61,425 bases of DNA from Thermoplasmata archaeon (GTDB taxonomy: Archaea; Thermoplasmatota; E2; DHVEG-1). Positions 47,985-58,482 of this stretch are shown here, one piece after another. Location of the stretch: assembly GCA_003942085.1 (NCBI GenBank), contig DQIQ01000005.1, positions 1 through 61,425 of the forward strand, given 5' to 3'. Both the position numbers and the translations under genes were made by a program. Under the pieces are notes generated by a model. The model was not told where the DNA came from. It ran no database searches and was given only the letters and a program-made list of their open reading frames with translations. The number at the start of each line of letters is the position of its first letter. The first letter of the stretch is position 1.

Positions 47985-50900
47985 TCACCTCCTTTTTCTT
48001 TCCAATCCAAATAAATCCATTTCGCTAAATCTCCGTTCGACATCCTCAACAGGTCGGAGCGGCAATGTAAAATAAAAAGTGCTGCCTGTCCCATCAGCGC
48101 TTTCAACCCAGATTTTTCCACCGCTCGCAATGACAATACCTTGCGAGATAGCAAGGCCAAGACCAGCACCACCAAATTTTCTATCAGCACCAGTATCGAC
48201 TTGATAAAACAAATCAAAAATCTTCTCTTGCTTGTCCTTTGGAATGCCTCGTCCGAAATCCTGAATTTCAAACAACACCGTTTCGTGCTGCTTTTTTACT
48301 CGTATATTAATATGAGAACCGTATGGTGAGAACTTTACCGCATTATCGATCAGGTTGATGATGACTTGTTTGATACGCTCTGTATCGGCAATCAACTCGG
48401 GGATGCCTGATTCGATTTCCGTATTGATCTTAATCTGCTTTTGACCGGAAAAAGGCTGCATGGTATCAACAACCTCAGCCAGCATACCTCTTATTTCTAT
48501 TTCATCAACGACAAATTTCATCGTACCTGACTCTAAACGCGACACATCAAGGATATCTTGAATGAGGCGGTCTAACCGATTCGTGTTCCGTAAAACAACA
48601 TCCAATGCCTGTCGTTGATCATCGTTGATCTGGCCAAGTGTCTGTTTCAACAGGATTTGTGAATACCCTTTAATCGCGGACATCGGCGTGCGCAGCTCAT
48701 GGGAGGTGATGTTAAGAAAATCTGTCTTTAGCTGATCTGTTTTTTTCAACTGAATATTCTGTTGTTCGATTTCCCGCTGATAGTTCTTCAGTTGGATATT
48801 CTGCGAATTGACTTGCTCTTCAGCATCCTTACGTTCAATGGCTAAGGATGCTTGATTGATAAACGTCTTAATGGTCTCCAGATTTTCAACCTTACAATCT
48901 TTATATGCGGAGAGAAAAACAAAACCAAATAATTTATTTTCAGCTATTAGCGGTATGACATAAATTTCATCAAAATTAATAATTTTTTTAATGTGTTGAG
49001 AAATATTTCTTGGCATTTGAGGAAGAATAATTGACTCAAAATCCTCCTCCGATATTTTTTCGAGATTTCCCCGAGTAAATTTATTTCGCCATTTATCATC
49101 TTCATAATCTAATTTCATACCTACTGGACTTCTACCAAGTATTTTCAGAATGGTTTCCATGTAACTACTATAACCAAAAAGTTTGTACACAACAAATTTA
49201 TTTGTTTTTTCATCATATTTTACTATCGTGATATAGGTATTTTTTGTCAACATTTGGAGTTTTTCTCCAACGAAATCAAAAATATGATCACAGGTCGGCA
49301 AAAGAGCAAGTTTCATGACAGCATCAGATAAAAACAGTTGGTTCTCAAGATATATTTTTTCCGTTTCCTCTGCTTTTTTACGATCGGTGATATCTATGGC
49401 AAATCCTCTTACACCGACAATCCTGCTTTCGTTTATTACCGGAGTTGAAGAAAATATTGCCGGGAAGGTCGTTCCATCTTTCCGTTGTAGTAAATATTCA
49501 TTAGCTGATGTTGATTCTCCGTTCATTACTTTTAGTATATTACTTTTTATCCGTTCGCGATCATGAGGCGCAACCGTCTGAAAAGCGTTCAAGCCCTTTT
49601 TGAATTCTTCCTGTGTATAACCAGTCAAATCAATGGATGCTTGATTGATAAACGTAAAATTCCCATGTCCATCAATCTCGAACACCATCTGTGGTAATAA
49701 ATTCACAAATTCACGATATTTTTTTTCACTTTGTACGATAGCATCCTCTGTTTTCTTCCGTTCACTAATATCAGCCGAACTGCTGATTAAAGCAACTATT
49801 TCATTGTTCATAAAGATCGGGCCAACATGTACCTCAAAAAAGCGTGATACGCCATCTCTTGTTATATATTCAGTATGATAAATATCCGGCTTGCTACTCT
49901 GTAAAACACGCTTAAAACAATTAGCTGCATCCTTTTTCCATTCTCCTGGAGTAAAATCGTAAACGCTTTTTCCGATTACATCTTCTTTGGAAAGGTCTGA
50001 AACAGGACGATTTATAAATAAAATCCGTGCTTCTTTGTCAAGTAACATTATGTGGTCAGGAGAGTTTTCTGTAATGGACCTCCATTTTTCTTCACTTTCC
50101 TTTAATTTTTCGTCTGCTTTTTTACGCTCGGTGACATCTCGTAGTATCGCAAGAAATCCTTGGTTTTTTCCATTCTTTACAATCGGGACGGCGTTGATTT
50201 CAACATAGTACTCTTCACCTTTACGGTTCATCAATTTTACTTCGTAAGCCGGGGGATGAATCCCCAGTTTACGTTGTTGAAAATTCTTCAACATATATTG
50301 CTTGCTTTCTTTTGCAATAATTTTATCCAAAACACTAAAATTTTTACCAATTAAATCTTTTCGTTCATATCCAATGCGTTGTATCCCGGCATCATTGATG
50401 TCCACTATAACCCCTTCGTTATCTAAGGAAATGATGCTGTCGCCAGCAGAATTAAAAATCGTTTTATACTTCTCTTCGCTTTCTCTAAGAATGTGCTCTG
50501 CTTTTTTTTCATTTGTGATATCTCTTACAATTAGTTGGATGGTTTTCTTTCCACCAGGATGGATGATGGGAACGTAAATATTTTGAAAATACCTACCTGC
50601 TCGTTCATCCTCAGATTCTAGATTTTTTCCTTCTTCAAGTGCCTTTCTAGCAATTTTTGCGCGTTTTTCACCTATCTCTTTAGAAAGAAGGTTAAGAATA
50701 TTTTTACCAATTAATTTTTCAGCGGGAACGCTCAAGTTTTTAGCCATTGCCGAATTAACAGATAGAATATTTCCGTCTTCATCAACTTCAATAATTAATT
50801 CAGGAGACGAATCGAACAATCTTTTATATTTTTCTTGAGAGCTGTGGAGTTCTTGTTCCGCTTTCTTCCGCTCGGTGACATCCCAGGAAATTCCTCGATA

Positions 50901-52544
50901 CCCAAGTAATCCACCGTGGTCATCAAAAAAAGGAACCACGTTCGTTTCCACGAAAACCAATCGACCCTGACTATCGTAAGCAGTTGTTTCCATTCCACTA
51001 AACGGTTTTGGAGAATCTCCTGTTGCCCTAAACTTTTTTAGTGTTTTTTCTTTATCGCCCGGAGGCATAACATCAAAAGGTGTCTTCCCAATCATTTCTT
51101 CAGGCTTAAATCCCCATAATTTCTCAATTTGTGGGCTACAATAAGTATATCGCCCCTGAGAGTCCATTTCCCAGATAAACTCACCGGTTGTTTCTATCAA
51201 ATTCTGAAATTTTTTCTGGCTTTCCCTAAGTGATATCTCCACCATTTTACGCTTGGTGATATCCTGGTTAATTGCTACGACTCCAATTTCTTTCCCGGCA
51301 ATATCTTTGATGACATTCATTGATGCATAAATGGTGATCGGTGTTCCATCCTTGTGTCTCTCGATGACATCTCCAGTCCAGTATCCATTTTTTTTAAGTT
51401 GTTTTAAGGCGTCTTCACTCGTGGTGTTGATATATTCAATTTTGAGGACATCATGGACCTTTTTATTGATTACTTCGTGTTCTTTCCATCCGAATATTCG
51501 TTCTGCGGCCACATTCCAGGTTTTTATAGTAAAATCAAAATCACTAGAAATGACTGCATCAGATACGTTTTGCAGAAGTTCTGCCTGATACCTGATTTTA
51601 TCTTCTGCTTTTTTTTGTTCAGTGATATTTCTGCAAATTCCTTCAGCCCCGATGATCTTTCCATTTCCATCATAGATCCCTTTGTTTGACTGCCGTATCC
51701 ATCGTTCGTTTCCTTCAGGGTCAATGATCTTATATTCCAATGTTTGGTGAACTCTATCGTTTATAAAATCATTCCATTTTTCTTTGATATACGCCGCTGA
51801 ATCCGGGTGGATGATCGTGCTGACAAAACGCGGCGTGTGCAGAAAATCTTCTTCACTGTACCCGAAAACAGACCGTACTGCAGGACTTATGTAATTGTAG
51901 TTTCCATCGGGAAACGAGAGACGAAAGACACACTCGTTTAACCCTTCAATGATCTCACGATATTTTTTTTCACTTTGTAAAAGAGCTTCCTCCGCCTGTT
52001 TACGCTCGGTGATGTCCATCACCACGATGCGGCATTCCTGCCCATCCTCAGCAACTTTTGCTTCAAGGTGCACCCAAAACGGTGGATGCCCCTCTCGAAG
52101 GATTGGCGTCTCGCAGGATGCTGATGCCTGACCGGTAAAAACCTGCTTGAGGAAGGAATTGAAGATGGGGCGAAAATCATCGGATACAAAAAGTGAGAAT
52201 CGTCGGTTCATCAGCTGCGAACGGTTCACGCCAAGAAGACGAGCGCCAGGGAGGTTGACCTGGCGGACCGTCCCGACACGATCCAAGGTAAAATAGCTGA
52301 CCGGGGCGAAATCATACAGATCGGTGTGTTGAGCAAGAACCACCTTTGCCTTATTCGCCCGCCTAAGCTCCTCATTTTGTAGCTCAAGCTCAATCTGATG
52401 GACTTGCAGTTCATGAAGAAGCCGCTGCGCGTCCTGTTGGGTTGGTTGCAGAGCACTAGGTTCAGACCACTGACTCTTCAGTCGTTTCTCTGCCCTGCGA
52501 CGCAGATCAGCAGCATCCGGGGGATCGCCGGGGTTCTTTTTCAT
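47985..52544 (-). CDS. Eight-PAS-GAF sensor histidine kinase
   Basis: LLHELQVHQIELELQNEELR N-terminus, eight PAS units, TSHELRTP, NAVKF, DFGRGI, GAGLGL. Confidence 0.92.
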   Translation of the reverse strand: MKKNPGDPPDAADLRRRAEKRLKSQWSEPSALQPTQQDAQRLLHELQVHQIELELQNEELRRANKAKVVLAQHTDLYDFAPVSYFTLDRVGTVRQVNLPGARLLGVNRSQLMNRRFSLFVSDDFRPIFNSFLKQVFTGQASASCETPILREGHPPFWVHLEAKVAEDGQECRIVVMDITERKQAEEALLQSEKKYREIIEGLNECVFRLSFPDGNYNYISPAVRSVFGYSEEDFLHTPRFVSTIIHPDSAAYIKEKWNDFINDRVHQTLEYKIIDPEGNERWIRQSNKGIYDGNGKIIGAEGICRNITEQKKAEDKIRYQAELLQNVSDAVISSDFDFTIKTWNVAAERIFGWKEHEVINKKVHDVLKIEYINTTSEDALKQLKKNGYWTGDVIERHKDGTPITIYASMNVIKDIAGKEIGVVAINQDITKRKMVEISLRESQKKFQNLIETTGEFIWEMDSQGRYTYCSPQIEKLWGFKPEEMIGKTPFDVMPPGDKEKTLKKFRATGDSPKPFSGMETTAYDSQGRLVFVETNVVPFFDDHGGLLGYRGISWDVTERKKAEQELHSSQEKYKRLFDSSPELIIEVDEDGNILSVNSAMAKNLSVPAEKLIGKNILNLLSKEIGEKRAKIARKALEEGKNLESEDERAGRYFQNIYVPIIHPGGKKTIQLIVRDITNEKKAEHILRESEEKYKTIFNSAGDSIISLDNEGVIVDINDAGIQRIGYERKDLIGKNFSVLDKIIAKESKQYMLKNFQQRKLGIHPPAYEVKLMNRKGEEYYVEINAVPIVKNGKNQGFLAILRDVTERKKADEKLKESEEKWRSITENSPDHIMLLDKEARILFINRPVSDLSKEDVIGKSVYDFTPGEWKKDAANCFKRVLQSSKPDIYHTEYITRDGVSRFFEVHVGPIFMNNEIVALISSSADISERKKTEDAIVQSEKKYREFVNLLPQMVFEIDGHGNFTFINQASIDLTGYTQEEFKKGLNAFQTVAPHDRERIKSNILKVMNGESTSANEYLLQRKDGTTFPAIFSSTPVINESRIVGVRGFAIDITDRKKAEETEKIYLENQLFLSDAVMKLALLPTCDHIFDFVGEKLQMLTKNTYITIVKYDEKTNKFVVYKLFGYSSYMETILKILGRSPVGMKLDYEDDKWRNKFTRGNLEKISEEDFESIILPQMPRNISQHIKKIINFDEIYVIPLIAENKLFGFVFLSAYKDCKVENLETIKTFINQASLAIERKDAEEQVNSQNIQLKNYQREIEQQNIQLKKTDQLKTDFLNITSHELRTPMSAIKGYSQILLKQTLGQINDDQRQALDVVLRNTNRLDRLIQDILDVSRLESGTMKFVVDEIEIRGMLAEVVDTMQPFSGQKQIKINTEIESGIPELIADTERIKQVIINLIDNAVKFSPYGSHINIRVKKQHETVLFEIQDFGRGIPKDKQEKIFDLFYQVDTGADRKFGGAGLGLAISQGIVIASGGKIWVESADGTGSTFYFTLPLRPVEDVERRFSEMDLFGLERKRR

Positions 52545-55309
52545 TACGTTTCCTTCCGTAATACGGCAGACTTTGACACATTTCCCGTGCCCTTCGCAGA
52601 TTTATCACGCTGTATTTCATCCTGCAGTTTCGTTTCGACCTGCTCCAGCATTGTGTCTTGTTTCATGATGCGTTTTTTCAATCCGACCTGCGTTTTCCGT
52701 AGCGCAGTCTCCAGCATCTTCGATGCAGTGATATCCATAAAGGTAATCACCACCCCGTCAATCATGTTCTCCAAGGTGCGATAGGGGACGACACGCACCA
52801 TGAACCAGCGCCCATCGCGCGTGGCCGCCTGCTGCTCGCGAAAGACCAGCGTTTGCAACACCTCGCGGATATGATCAACCAGCTCAGGATAGAGCAGATC
52901 AGAGGCAATATCCGTAATCGGCCTGCCTACATCACCGGGGATCAACTTGAAAATATTGTTCGAACCGGTCGTAAACAAGCGCACACGCAAATCATTGTCA
53001 AGGAACACGGTGGCGATTTCAGTGTTCGCAAGCAGGTTCTTCAGGTCATTGTTGAGCCGTGACAGATCATCGACCTTGGCCAGTAACTCATGATTGAGCG
53101 TCTGCAGCTCCTCGTTCATGGACTGCATCTCTTCTTTTGAGGTGGTCAACTCCTCATTCGTGGACTGGAGTTCCTCATTGGCGGACTGCATCTCCTCGTT
53201 AGCAGACTTGTATTCCTCCTGAGACGTCTGCATCTCTTCACGAAGGGTTTCCACATCCTGACGGGCTTGACCTATCTCCCGCTCCATCTGAGCAAGCAGC
53301 ACGCGACTCGCATGAGGCCTGACCTTATCCGACGCTTTAAGCTTCGTTTCAAAAGGCGCTACCACATCAGTAAAGACGATCATCACCAATCCCCGTAACG
53401 CTTCCGGTTCAGCAATGGTCTGAACGGTCAGGTCCAGAACCTGCACTCCACCGTTTATCCCCACCTTGAGATTTTTGAGTGTGACGGCGTGCTTTTGCCG
53501 CAACGCGTTACGGAACGCGCTGGTAAGCTCGAAACGCAACCCTTCACGAGCCATAGCAAAGATGTTCCAGTTTGCCTTTCCAGCAGCCGGTTCCAGGTAT
53601 TTACCGGTTCGCCCACTGACGTAAAGGATGTCGCCTTGGCTGTTGACCAACACCGCGGCCGGAGAATAAGTCTGCAGGAGCAGTTGGTCAGCCAACGTTT
53701 GAAGGTTGATCGGCTTCACCTTCGGTACCGATGACACGTTTGATCTGGTGGGGACAAACGAGGAGGGAAACTCAACGGCCTCTGCCCGCAAACCAGATTC
53801 AAGCCGCTTGTAGAGCCGTGATTTATCATCCAGGGACATGAAGAGATCATCAAACCCCGCGATGTTCTCCGCGCTGCCCAGAAACAGAACACCCCCAGGA
53901 TTCAGACTGTAATGAAAAAGAGGCAACAGCTTTTTCTGCAGCTCAGGAGTCAAGTAGATAAGCAGGTTCCGACAACTAACGAAATCAAGCTTGGTGAACG
54001 GTGGATCCATGATGACGTTCTGCGGGGCGAAAATCACCATATCCCGGATCGACTTAGCAACCTGGTAACCCCGCTCGACCTGCACGAAGAACCGGTTCAG
54101 TCGCTCCGACGACACATCAGCAGAGATGTTTGAAGGGAAAATACCAGAGCGAGCTTTCTCAACAGCATCCTGATCAAGGTCTGTTGCGAAGATCTGTATC
54201 CTGAAATTCCTGGACAGTTTCAGTTGATCAAGCTCCTCTTTGAAGACAATCGCCAGGGAATACGCCTCTTCCCCAGTGGAACAGGCAGGCACCCACACCC
54301 GCAGTGCCTGATTTGACGGATGTGCACCCAGCAGTGCCGGGATGACCTCATCTTTCAGTTTTTCCCATGCTTCATGGTCGCGGAAAAAGCTCGTAACCCC
54401 GATCAACAGCTCCTTGAACAACAACTCCAGTTCCTGGGAATTCTCCTGCAAATACCTGACATAATTGGTAATCTTGTCAATCTGATGAATTCCCATACGC
54501 CGTTCGATCCGGCGGTAGATCGTGTTCTTTTTATAAAGTGAGAAATCATGGCCTGTCTGCGATCGCAGCAGGATTACGATCTTTTCAAAGGCGCTATGGG
54601 TTTTATCCGCCCTGGCCATTCCTGCTTCATTAATCAGGGGAATATGCTGCAGATAGCTAAAGATCTTATCGGGCAACGCCTCAACCGAGGCGACGACATC
54701 CGCCAGTCCAGCATCGATGACACTGCGGGGCATACCGTCGAATTTCGCTGAAGCAGGATCCTGCACAAACACCACACCGGCTTTCTCCTTGATTGCACGC
54801 AGACCCAGTGTACCATCGGAGCCCATCCCCGAGAGGATGACGCCGATGCTGTGGTCTTTCAGGTCATCGGCAAGCGAGCGGAAAAAGAAATCAATCGGCA
54901 GACGCTGACCCCGTGGCGCCATCGGCTCCAGCAGATGCAGGACCCCGCGTAAGATAGACATATCTTTGTTCGGAGGGATCACATAGACGCTGTTCGGCTT
55001 GACCTTCGTTCGGTCTATGACCTGAACGACCTTCATGGCAGTCACCCGCTGAAGAAGCTCAGGCATGATGCACTTGTGGACCGGGTCCAGGTGTTGAATG
55101 ATGACAAAAGCCGCACCACTGGTGGCTGGCACGTTCTGCAGGAATAGTTCGAGTGCTTCCAGCCCTCCCGCGGAAGCACCGATGCCGACGATGGGAAAAG
55201 AGGATTGACTCGTAGAAAACAGGCTGTCCTGCTGCAGAGATGTTTCTGGTTTTAACGCCTCCATGATCGGCTCTTTTTTACGGGTAGTTTTCTTGTTTTG
55301 TCTGCGCAT
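52544..55309 (-). CDS. CheB methylesterase-CheR methyltransferase-coiled coil-PAS fusion
   Basis: GASAGG, QHL, GMGSDG (CheB triad); VTSFFRD, ACSTGEEAYS, CRNLLIY (CheR); NEELQS heptads. Confidence 0.95.
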   Translation of the reverse strand: MRRQNKKTTRKKEPIMEALKPETSLQQDSLFSTSQSSFPIVGIGASAGGLEALELFLQNVPATSGAAFVIIQHLDPVHKCIMPELLQRVTAMKVVQVIDRTKVKPNSVYVIPPNKDMSILRGVLHLLEPMAPRGQRLPIDFFFRSLADDLKDHSIGVILSGMGSDGTLGLRAIKEKAGVVFVQDPASAKFDGMPRSVIDAGLADVVASVEALPDKIFSYLQHIPLINEAGMARADKTHSAFEKIVILLRSQTGHDFSLYKKNTIYRRIERRMGIHQIDKITNYVRYLQENSQELELLFKELLIGVTSFFRDHEAWEKLKDEVIPALLGAHPSNQALRVWVPACSTGEEAYSLAIVFKEELDQLKLSRNFRIQIFATDLDQDAVEKARSGIFPSNISADVSSERLNRFFVQVERGYQVAKSIRDMVIFAPQNVIMDPPFTKLDFVSCRNLLIYLTPELQKKLLPLFHYSLNPGGVLFLGSAENIAGFDDLFMSLDDKSRLYKRLESGLRAEAVEFPSSFVPTRSNVSSVPKVKPINLQTLADQLLLQTYSPAAVLVNSQGDILYVSGRTGKYLEPAAGKANWNIFAMAREGLRFELTSAFRNALRQKHAVTLKNLKVGINGGVQVLDLTVQTIAEPEALRGLVMIVFTDVVAPFETKLKASDKVRPHASRVLLAQMEREIGQARQDVETLREEMQTSQEEYKSANEEMQSANEELQSTNEELTTSKEEMQSMNEELQTLNHELLAKVDDLSRLNNDLKNLLANTEIATVFLDNDLRVRLFTTGSNNIFKLIPGDVGRPITDIASDLLYPELVDHIREVLQTLVFREQQAATRDGRWFMVRVVPYRTLENMIDGVVITFMDITASKMLETALRKTQVGLKKRIMKQDTMLEQVETKLQDEIQRDKSAKGTGNVSKSAVLRKET

Positions 55310-55582
55310 ATCCTCCTCATCACCCCCATGTTTCGCATCTACAAAACCATTCAGGGTTCAATCCATGACTTCTACAATGAGAAATAGCTTTAGCATTAAC
55401 GAAAGCTTTACGCATACTATTCACCAAGATTCCTCGCCCATTAAAATATAAAAAAAAGAACGCACTGTCCCTATATAAAGCCTTCATTTTTCAATCGCTT
55501 TGTAATGAATATCTAAGGTTCCAATGTCTGCGATTATGAACAACCGGAAATATGCTGGCGAAAGAAATTGAAACGTTCTTTT

Positions 55583-58471
55583 TTATTTCCCTCCTTCTTT
55601 GATCTGCTCCTTGTCAACACCCCTTTCCCAATAGAGATATCCCTTTTTCCAGGCGACAGCGAGAATAAACCCAACAATAATGATAATTCCAAGGATTGCA
55701 ATGACCCAGAACCATGGGAACCCTGAGGTCGGAGAGGTAACGGTAAAGCTCTTTTGTGAACTTGCAGTCTGATTCACTCCATATCGATAGACCACGGTAT
55801 ACGTGTAGGTCCCTGGCTCAAGATCCTTAGTCACTATTGCCTTGTTGAACGAGATCTGCCCGAGAACTGATACGCTTTCTTCAGGTAACCAGATGATGAC
55901 CTGCCCATTTTTCGATAACGTGAAATTTACGACACCAACAACGGTTCCAGGTTCCCCGACATTAACCAACGTAATCAGTGCGGTGGTGCCCTCAGCAGCA
56001 GTGACCGTATCTTTGGTTAGCTCCACGGTGACATCGAAAAGCGGTCCTTTTCCTGCGAAGCTGTAGATAAACACGTATTGTGCGGCCGGGTCGTCAAAGA
56101 TGTACACCTTGCCGTTTTCACGCCAGATCATATCAGATGAAATAGCCCTTCCATCCGCTGTCCTTACGATGAGATCAAGGTTATCAGGATAGATATCGAT
56201 TGCTTCGATGTACGTCCATCCATCTTTTTCAATAGAAATCGTCACGGTTTTTGTTTTTAAGAGTGTGTCGTTAACCATAACAATAATATTTCCTGCACTA
56301 TAATGGATGAATGTGATGGTATCGATTGTAGGGTCCCAAAAGAACTCAGGGATGGTATCTCCATCGATAGAAAGCAGGATGATCACAGTTCCATTGATGC
56401 TGGCAAAGTGAACCTCGGTAAGACTATCGTTGGGATCGGTAAAATCATCAAGGATGCCGTCTCCGTTGGTGTCGTTGGCATAGAAGAGCTCGACAAGGTG
56501 GACATTATATTCAGCAAGGATTAAATCCAAGACGTGTTGTGATGTGGTGATTCCTGGACGTGCCGTGATATTAACCAGGGCAGTATCGGTATCAGTGATG
56601 TCACTACCATCCTTGACCCGGAGTTTCACGATGTATGTCCCTACAGTAGTGTATGCATGGGTTGCGGTGGCACTTGCTGACCAGTTGGTTTCATAGGTCC
56701 CATCATTGGTCCAGTCCCAGCGGTATCCTGTGATTGATCCACCGGTTTCGCTACTTCTTGATCCGCTGAAAGCGATGGTCTCGTTGATGTAACCTGAGTA
56801 CGGGCCTCCTGCTTCTGCAATTGGTGTTGGAGTAAGTCCATCACCTCCAACTCCCCCGTCACCTCCGCTTGATGCAGTGGTAAACGTATAATCTGTAGAG
56901 TTAACTTGATTTCCAGCTGGATCTATAGATATTACTTTATAATGATATACTGTAATTGAAGATAAACCTGTGAGTGGGACTTCATGCGCAGTCACATATG
57001 AAGAGTATTCTGACCATGACCCATAGGCAGTGGTGGTTCCATAGGTTACGTTGCCGTTGGCATTTTCATTCGTTGTCCAGGTGATAGTTGCTGATGTTGT
57101 AGAGGGAGTACCCGATGATATGAAAGAGATCACGGGAGCAATGGCATCCTTTGTAGTGCTAACGTTAGCGGACCACGTCCCACAATTAGTCGCATTATCT
57201 ACTGCCAAAGCTCTGAAAAAGACCGTAGTACCCTCAGTCGTATTCGCAATCAACCATGTAGCAGATCGAACGGTATAACTTACATTCGTTAACCACGCAG
57301 TCCACGTTCCAGAGATATTTTCCTTTCGCTGCACCGTCCAACGTGCTATACCACTCGTCGCCTCAACACCTTTTGCCCACTGAACCAAGAAATTCGCTTT
57401 CTTATACGTAGACAACGCAGTCATCGTTACCGTAGGAGCAACCGCATCATATCCACAGAACGCCTCAGCGCTCGCTACTTTGGATTCAGCATTTGTTACA
57501 TTATCCTTCGCCTTACTATAGAATTGATAATGACCGCTTGCGTTCGGGAAGTTGAAATGCCAATGTCCAGCCCATGGTATTACATCCGGGTTACTTGCGT
57601 TGCTCCATGTGACCCATCCATCCCAAGTTGAAGCATTCGTTGCTCTATATCGATAGAAAAGTGTGGTGTTTTTTACACCGATTGCATTATCGTGAGATGT
57701 GTAGGATATCGTCTGAGGTGATGTAGCTTTCCAATACCCAGAAATTGAAGTCACCGACGACGTAGGTGGATCGTTGTCAGATATATCTACCAAGTGTGGA
57801 CCAGAATGATTCATGTTTCCGGATGTGTCATTGACCCAGATTGTGTAACTTAGATCATCAATGCTGTTTGGATTAGTTGTATTTATGCCGATAAAATAAT
57901 TGCCACCAACGGGAGAGAGTGTTTTATTATAGGAAAGGCTTCCATGCGACCAGCTCACGTTCACCCGAAGTTTGCTGGGAATATCGACATAGTCTGTAGC
58001 CGTGACATTAAATGTAAAGGAATCACCAGTGGTACTTGTAGTTGGAGAATTATCCGTTATTCGTGGCCTATCAACGATAGTGAGGTTATAGAATTGTGAA
58101 TAACCAATGTTCATTCCGCCAGTAACAAACGTAACGGTCTGTGTTGTATTATCTGTCCCGATATAGAAAAAAATCGGGCGTCCATTGTTATCGTCATTTA
58201 AATCAAGAACATTGAAATCATAGTTCTTTCCAGATAATGAATTGTTCACTGTCGTCGTATAATTTTCAGTTGCGCCACCGACATTTACCAACATCGCACG
58301 GATTGTCGTTCCGGTTTTTACAGGATGAAGACCAGTATCGGTTGCATAACCTTTGAAACGATGCGGAGGAGACGCTGCAAATCCAAAAGGCATAACCGAT
58401 ATAACTACTACCGCAGCGGAGAGTAATATCATACTAATAACAAGTATTTCTGCATTTGATGTTCTATTCAT
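55583..58471 (-). CDS. Large cell-surface protein (Ig/FN3/PKD domains, C-terminal TM)
   Basis: Signal peptide, PPHRFKGY domain, ATITWTT...YG FN3, AGGPY...WDW PKD, TM with basic tail. Confidence 0.85.
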   Translation of the reverse strand: MNRTSNAEILVISMILLSAAVVVISVMPFGFAASPPHRFKGYATDTGLHPVKTGTTIRAMLVNVGGATENYTTTVNNSLSGKNYDFNVLDLNDDNNGRPIFFYIGTDNTTQTVTFVTGGMNIGYSQFYNLTIVDRPRITDNSPTTSTTGDSFTFNVTATDYVDIPSKLRVNVSWSHGSLSYNKTLSPVGGNYFIGINTTNPNSIDDLSYTIWVNDTSGNMNHSGPHLVDISDNDPPTSSVTSISGYWKATSPQTISYTSHDNAIGVKNTTLFYRYRATNASTWDGWVTWSNASNPDVIPWAGHWHFNFPNASGHYQFYSKAKDNVTNAESKVASAEAFCGYDAVAPTVTMTALSTYKKANFLVQWAKGVEATSGIARWTVQRKENISGTWTAWLTNVSYTVRSATWLIANTTEGTTVFFRALAVDNATNCGTWSANVSTTKDAIAPVISFISSGTPSTTSATITWTTNENANGNVTYGTTTAYGSWSEYSSYVTAHEVPLTGLSSITVYHYKVISIDPAGNQVNSTDYTFTTASSGGDGGVGGDGLTPTPIAEAGGPYSGYINETIAFSGSRSSETGGSITGYRWDWTNDGTYETNWSASATATHAYTTVGTYIVKLRVKDGSDITDTDTALVNITARPGITTSQHVLDLILAEYNVHLVELFYANDTNGDGILDDFTDPNDSLTEVHFASINGTVIILLSIDGDTIPEFFWDPTIDTITFIHYSAGNIIVMVNDTLLKTKTVTISIEKDGWTYIEAIDIYPDNLDLIVRTADGRAISSDMIWRENGKVYIFDDPAAQYVFIYSFAGKGPLFDVTVELTKDTVTAAEGTTALITLVNVGEPGTVVGVVNFTLSKNGQVIIWLPEESVSVLGQISFNKAIVTKDLEPGTYTYTVVYRYGVNQTASSQKSFTVTSPTSGFPWFWVIAILGIIIIVGFILAVAWKKGYLYWERGVDKEQIKEGGK

Positions 58472-58482
58472 ATTTGTCTCCT

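Noticed and set aside
55497-55507. Single GTAAT box (GCTTTGTAATG) upstream of cheBR
   Set aside because: Matches the motif but is unpaired and on the far side of the TATA-like box; too weak to count in the regulon
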